From Microthyrium microscopicum (lineage: Eukaryota), in the NCBI GenBank assembly GCA_010405405.1, contig MU004233.1, positions 881,122-945,121 of the forward strand: a DNA stretch of 64,000 nt, in the 5' to 3' direction. This document shows positions 61,751-64,000 of the stretch, piece by piece. The translations under genes and the position numbers were made by a program. The first letter of the stretch is position 1. Every line of letters begins with the position of its first letter. The notes under the pieces were generated by a model. It was not told the DNA's origin. It saw nothing but the letters and a program-made list of their open reading frames with translations, and ran no database searches.

Positions 61751-64000
61751 GTTTGTTGTTTCAAGAGCTGGCGAACAGCTGCAGGAACGGGACGGGAGTA
61801 AGTTTTATGGCAGGTGGCGAGCAAAAGGTTCCTGGACCTGACGTACGACCAGGCTGGTGGCAGGGGCCTCAAAAAGGGTAAAAAGCTAGAGGCAAGGCTC
61901 GACTCAGTTTGACGTTGACAAGCTGGCCACTCGGTCAAACAGTGCCCTGAGGGAATAAAAGCACAGGGCCAAAGTAGAGATAGATGGAGGGGGATGGGGA
62001 GAGGAAGGTGCCCTATAGTAGAGGTTGATCAATTTAGATCAGAGAGAGGAGCAAGGCTGAAACAGCGCCAGCGGAAAGTTAACAATAGAGAAGACGGGCC
62101 ATGCCCAAGTGGACCGAGAGACGAGGCCCTGAATTAGTTGAGAGGAGGTGAGTTTGGAGATAATGGGGGTTGGCGATATCACTTTCTCAGGGCGCAGGAA
62201 CGGACATGGACAGAAAGTGAGAGGAGATGGCGATATGCGAACAAGGCAAAGTGTGTGCAGTAGCCAGGAACGGAGGATGAATAAAATGGGAAGGGAGCGG
62301 GAAAGGAAGTAATTAGAGAGAAGCCGTGGAAGGGGTTGGAGAATAGATGAGATGTTGGTGGTAAGAAGCCAAGTGGTGGATATGTGGAGAGAGTAGGTTG
62401 GCTGGTGGTGAGAGGCGACTCGGGGCACTGGAGAGGTGGGAGGAGTAAAGTGAGATTGTGAGATGATGCGGCGACTCTGATGTTGAGAGAGTAGAGAGCT
62501 GGTGGGGGATATGCTACCGTAACCAGGCCTGATGGATGCTGCTGGGGCGTACAGGTAGCGGGACCTGTAAGTTGTAAGGTTAGTTAGTAGTAGAGTAGTA
62601 ACTGAGACTAGAGGCGAGAGGCTAGAGTATATCTGCAAGGACTTTGAAGAGGAACAGGTACAAACACAGGTACGGAACTAGCACCAGGATCATAAAAAGG
62701 TACTCTAATCTAGGTCGGATATGGGAGATGGTTGGGAGCCAGACCGTATTACTCTGTCACTCGCCTGTCTTGGTATCTTGGAAGAAACAATAGTGGTATT
62801 AATGAGCATTAGAATATGGTACAGAAGACCGATGGACACATTGGCTACAGGCACACTATCCTAATACTATTCTATTTGTGCTGCACCGTTGTAATAGTTT
62901 TGAAATTGGTGGCCAGAAACCTCACTTTCTAAAAACACAAACACCAAGTACAAACACGGCTTGAGTCGGAACAGGACTTAGACGCGAGATGCAAAAGAGG
63001 AGGCGAGTATAAAACGGTGATAGATTTCAACAGGCAAAAATACAAAAGAGGCTGATAGAAAGCCTCGAGAAGCGAGCCAGAAAAGGAATCTCGGAGGCTG
63101 GCAAGCAGCACGCACGCTGGGCGGGATCGCACTCGATGGGCATTGGCAGCATCAACCAACCCACCCACCACTCTGGCACACCACCATCAACTTTTCAAGA
63201 ATCCATCAAATCCACTTTAATCCTCCAACTACCAACTGCACAAGATGCTTTGCGTCTCCTCTCCTCGCAGCCTCGCAGCATCGCATGGCACTTCCGCCTT
63301 GCGCCCATCCAATCTAATCGCTTACTCGCGCATCTGGTACCTCGACTTCTTACCAACAAAGTCTGATACCAACGCGGCCACTTTCCTTTTGCATGCAAAG
63401 CTAACAATCCTGTGCCTGTACCCCAGCGTAGCGCTTGTTCCTCGACACACACTAAAAATCATTTCACGAGCCTGTCGCCCATCATCAACTGTAGTCTGTT
63501 CCCCAGCCTGGTCAGTTGACGGCCTTGTTTCCGTTTCCTAGCATTTTCTTTGGATGATTATTCTGAGTTGTTTCGTTTTTTTGGCCACGCAAGGCAGAGG
63601 ACGAGGCAACTGCAACATTGCAACACTTGCACTGCTTTTACTGTTGTCGTAATTGAGACCTTTTTAAGAACATCATGGCGCTTTGAGCTTTATTCTGTGA
63701 ATCCTTCCAACTTGTTTCGATCAGAATCAGCGAATAACTTGTCGTTGTTTTGTCGAGTCACTGCACAAACTACGATTTCAACCAGGATGTATGGCGCTTG
63801 CAAGACAGAGATGCATTAAACATCCACACCACTTGTCTCCTAGACGCTGTGGTGATTGATTGTAATGCCGTGAGATGATATTCGAGAATATACATTAGAC
63901 TTCAAATACTCATGGAAAATAAATCTCAAATGCGTAGAACCACTGCGTATAAAAAATGTTGCAGGAGTCGTCGGAAGAACGGCTAGCGGAGGCAGGGACA

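Noticed and set aside
62039..62638. 199 aa Ser/Leu/Pro-rich minus-strand ORF
   Set aside because: Non-ATG start; arises from a pyrimidine-rich leader

Overview
Filamentous ascomycete (Pezizomycotina, probably Dothideomycete-like) genomic DNA with short GT-AG introns. Conserved genes: a hotdog-fold thioesterase, a PXA/PX protein, a bestrophin, ALG9, NAF1, adenylate cyclase (3 exons reconstructed), an LTE1-like RasGEF and an NsdC/USV1-like C2H2 factor. Three DNA transposon insertions can be delimited to the base. The first is a 4.0 kb RIP-destroyed Tc1-type (DD34E) element at 15574-19566 that appears to carry cargo. The second is an unRIPed 312 bp MITE right beside it. The third is a 636 bp Mutator-like element with a 9 bp TSD that interrupts a purine-cytosine permease. 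A GFA/CENP-V gene has a single in-frame TAG. The 40.8-58.4 kb block looks accessory. It holds a head-to-head pair of paralogous AIG1/GIMAP-like GTPases with coiled-coil tails (the best candidate for an undescribed system), a MATE transporter, a permease + HxD-variant purine deaminase + Zn2Cys6 regulator mini-cluster, and a cutinase. All gene models were read by eye; no database searches were run.
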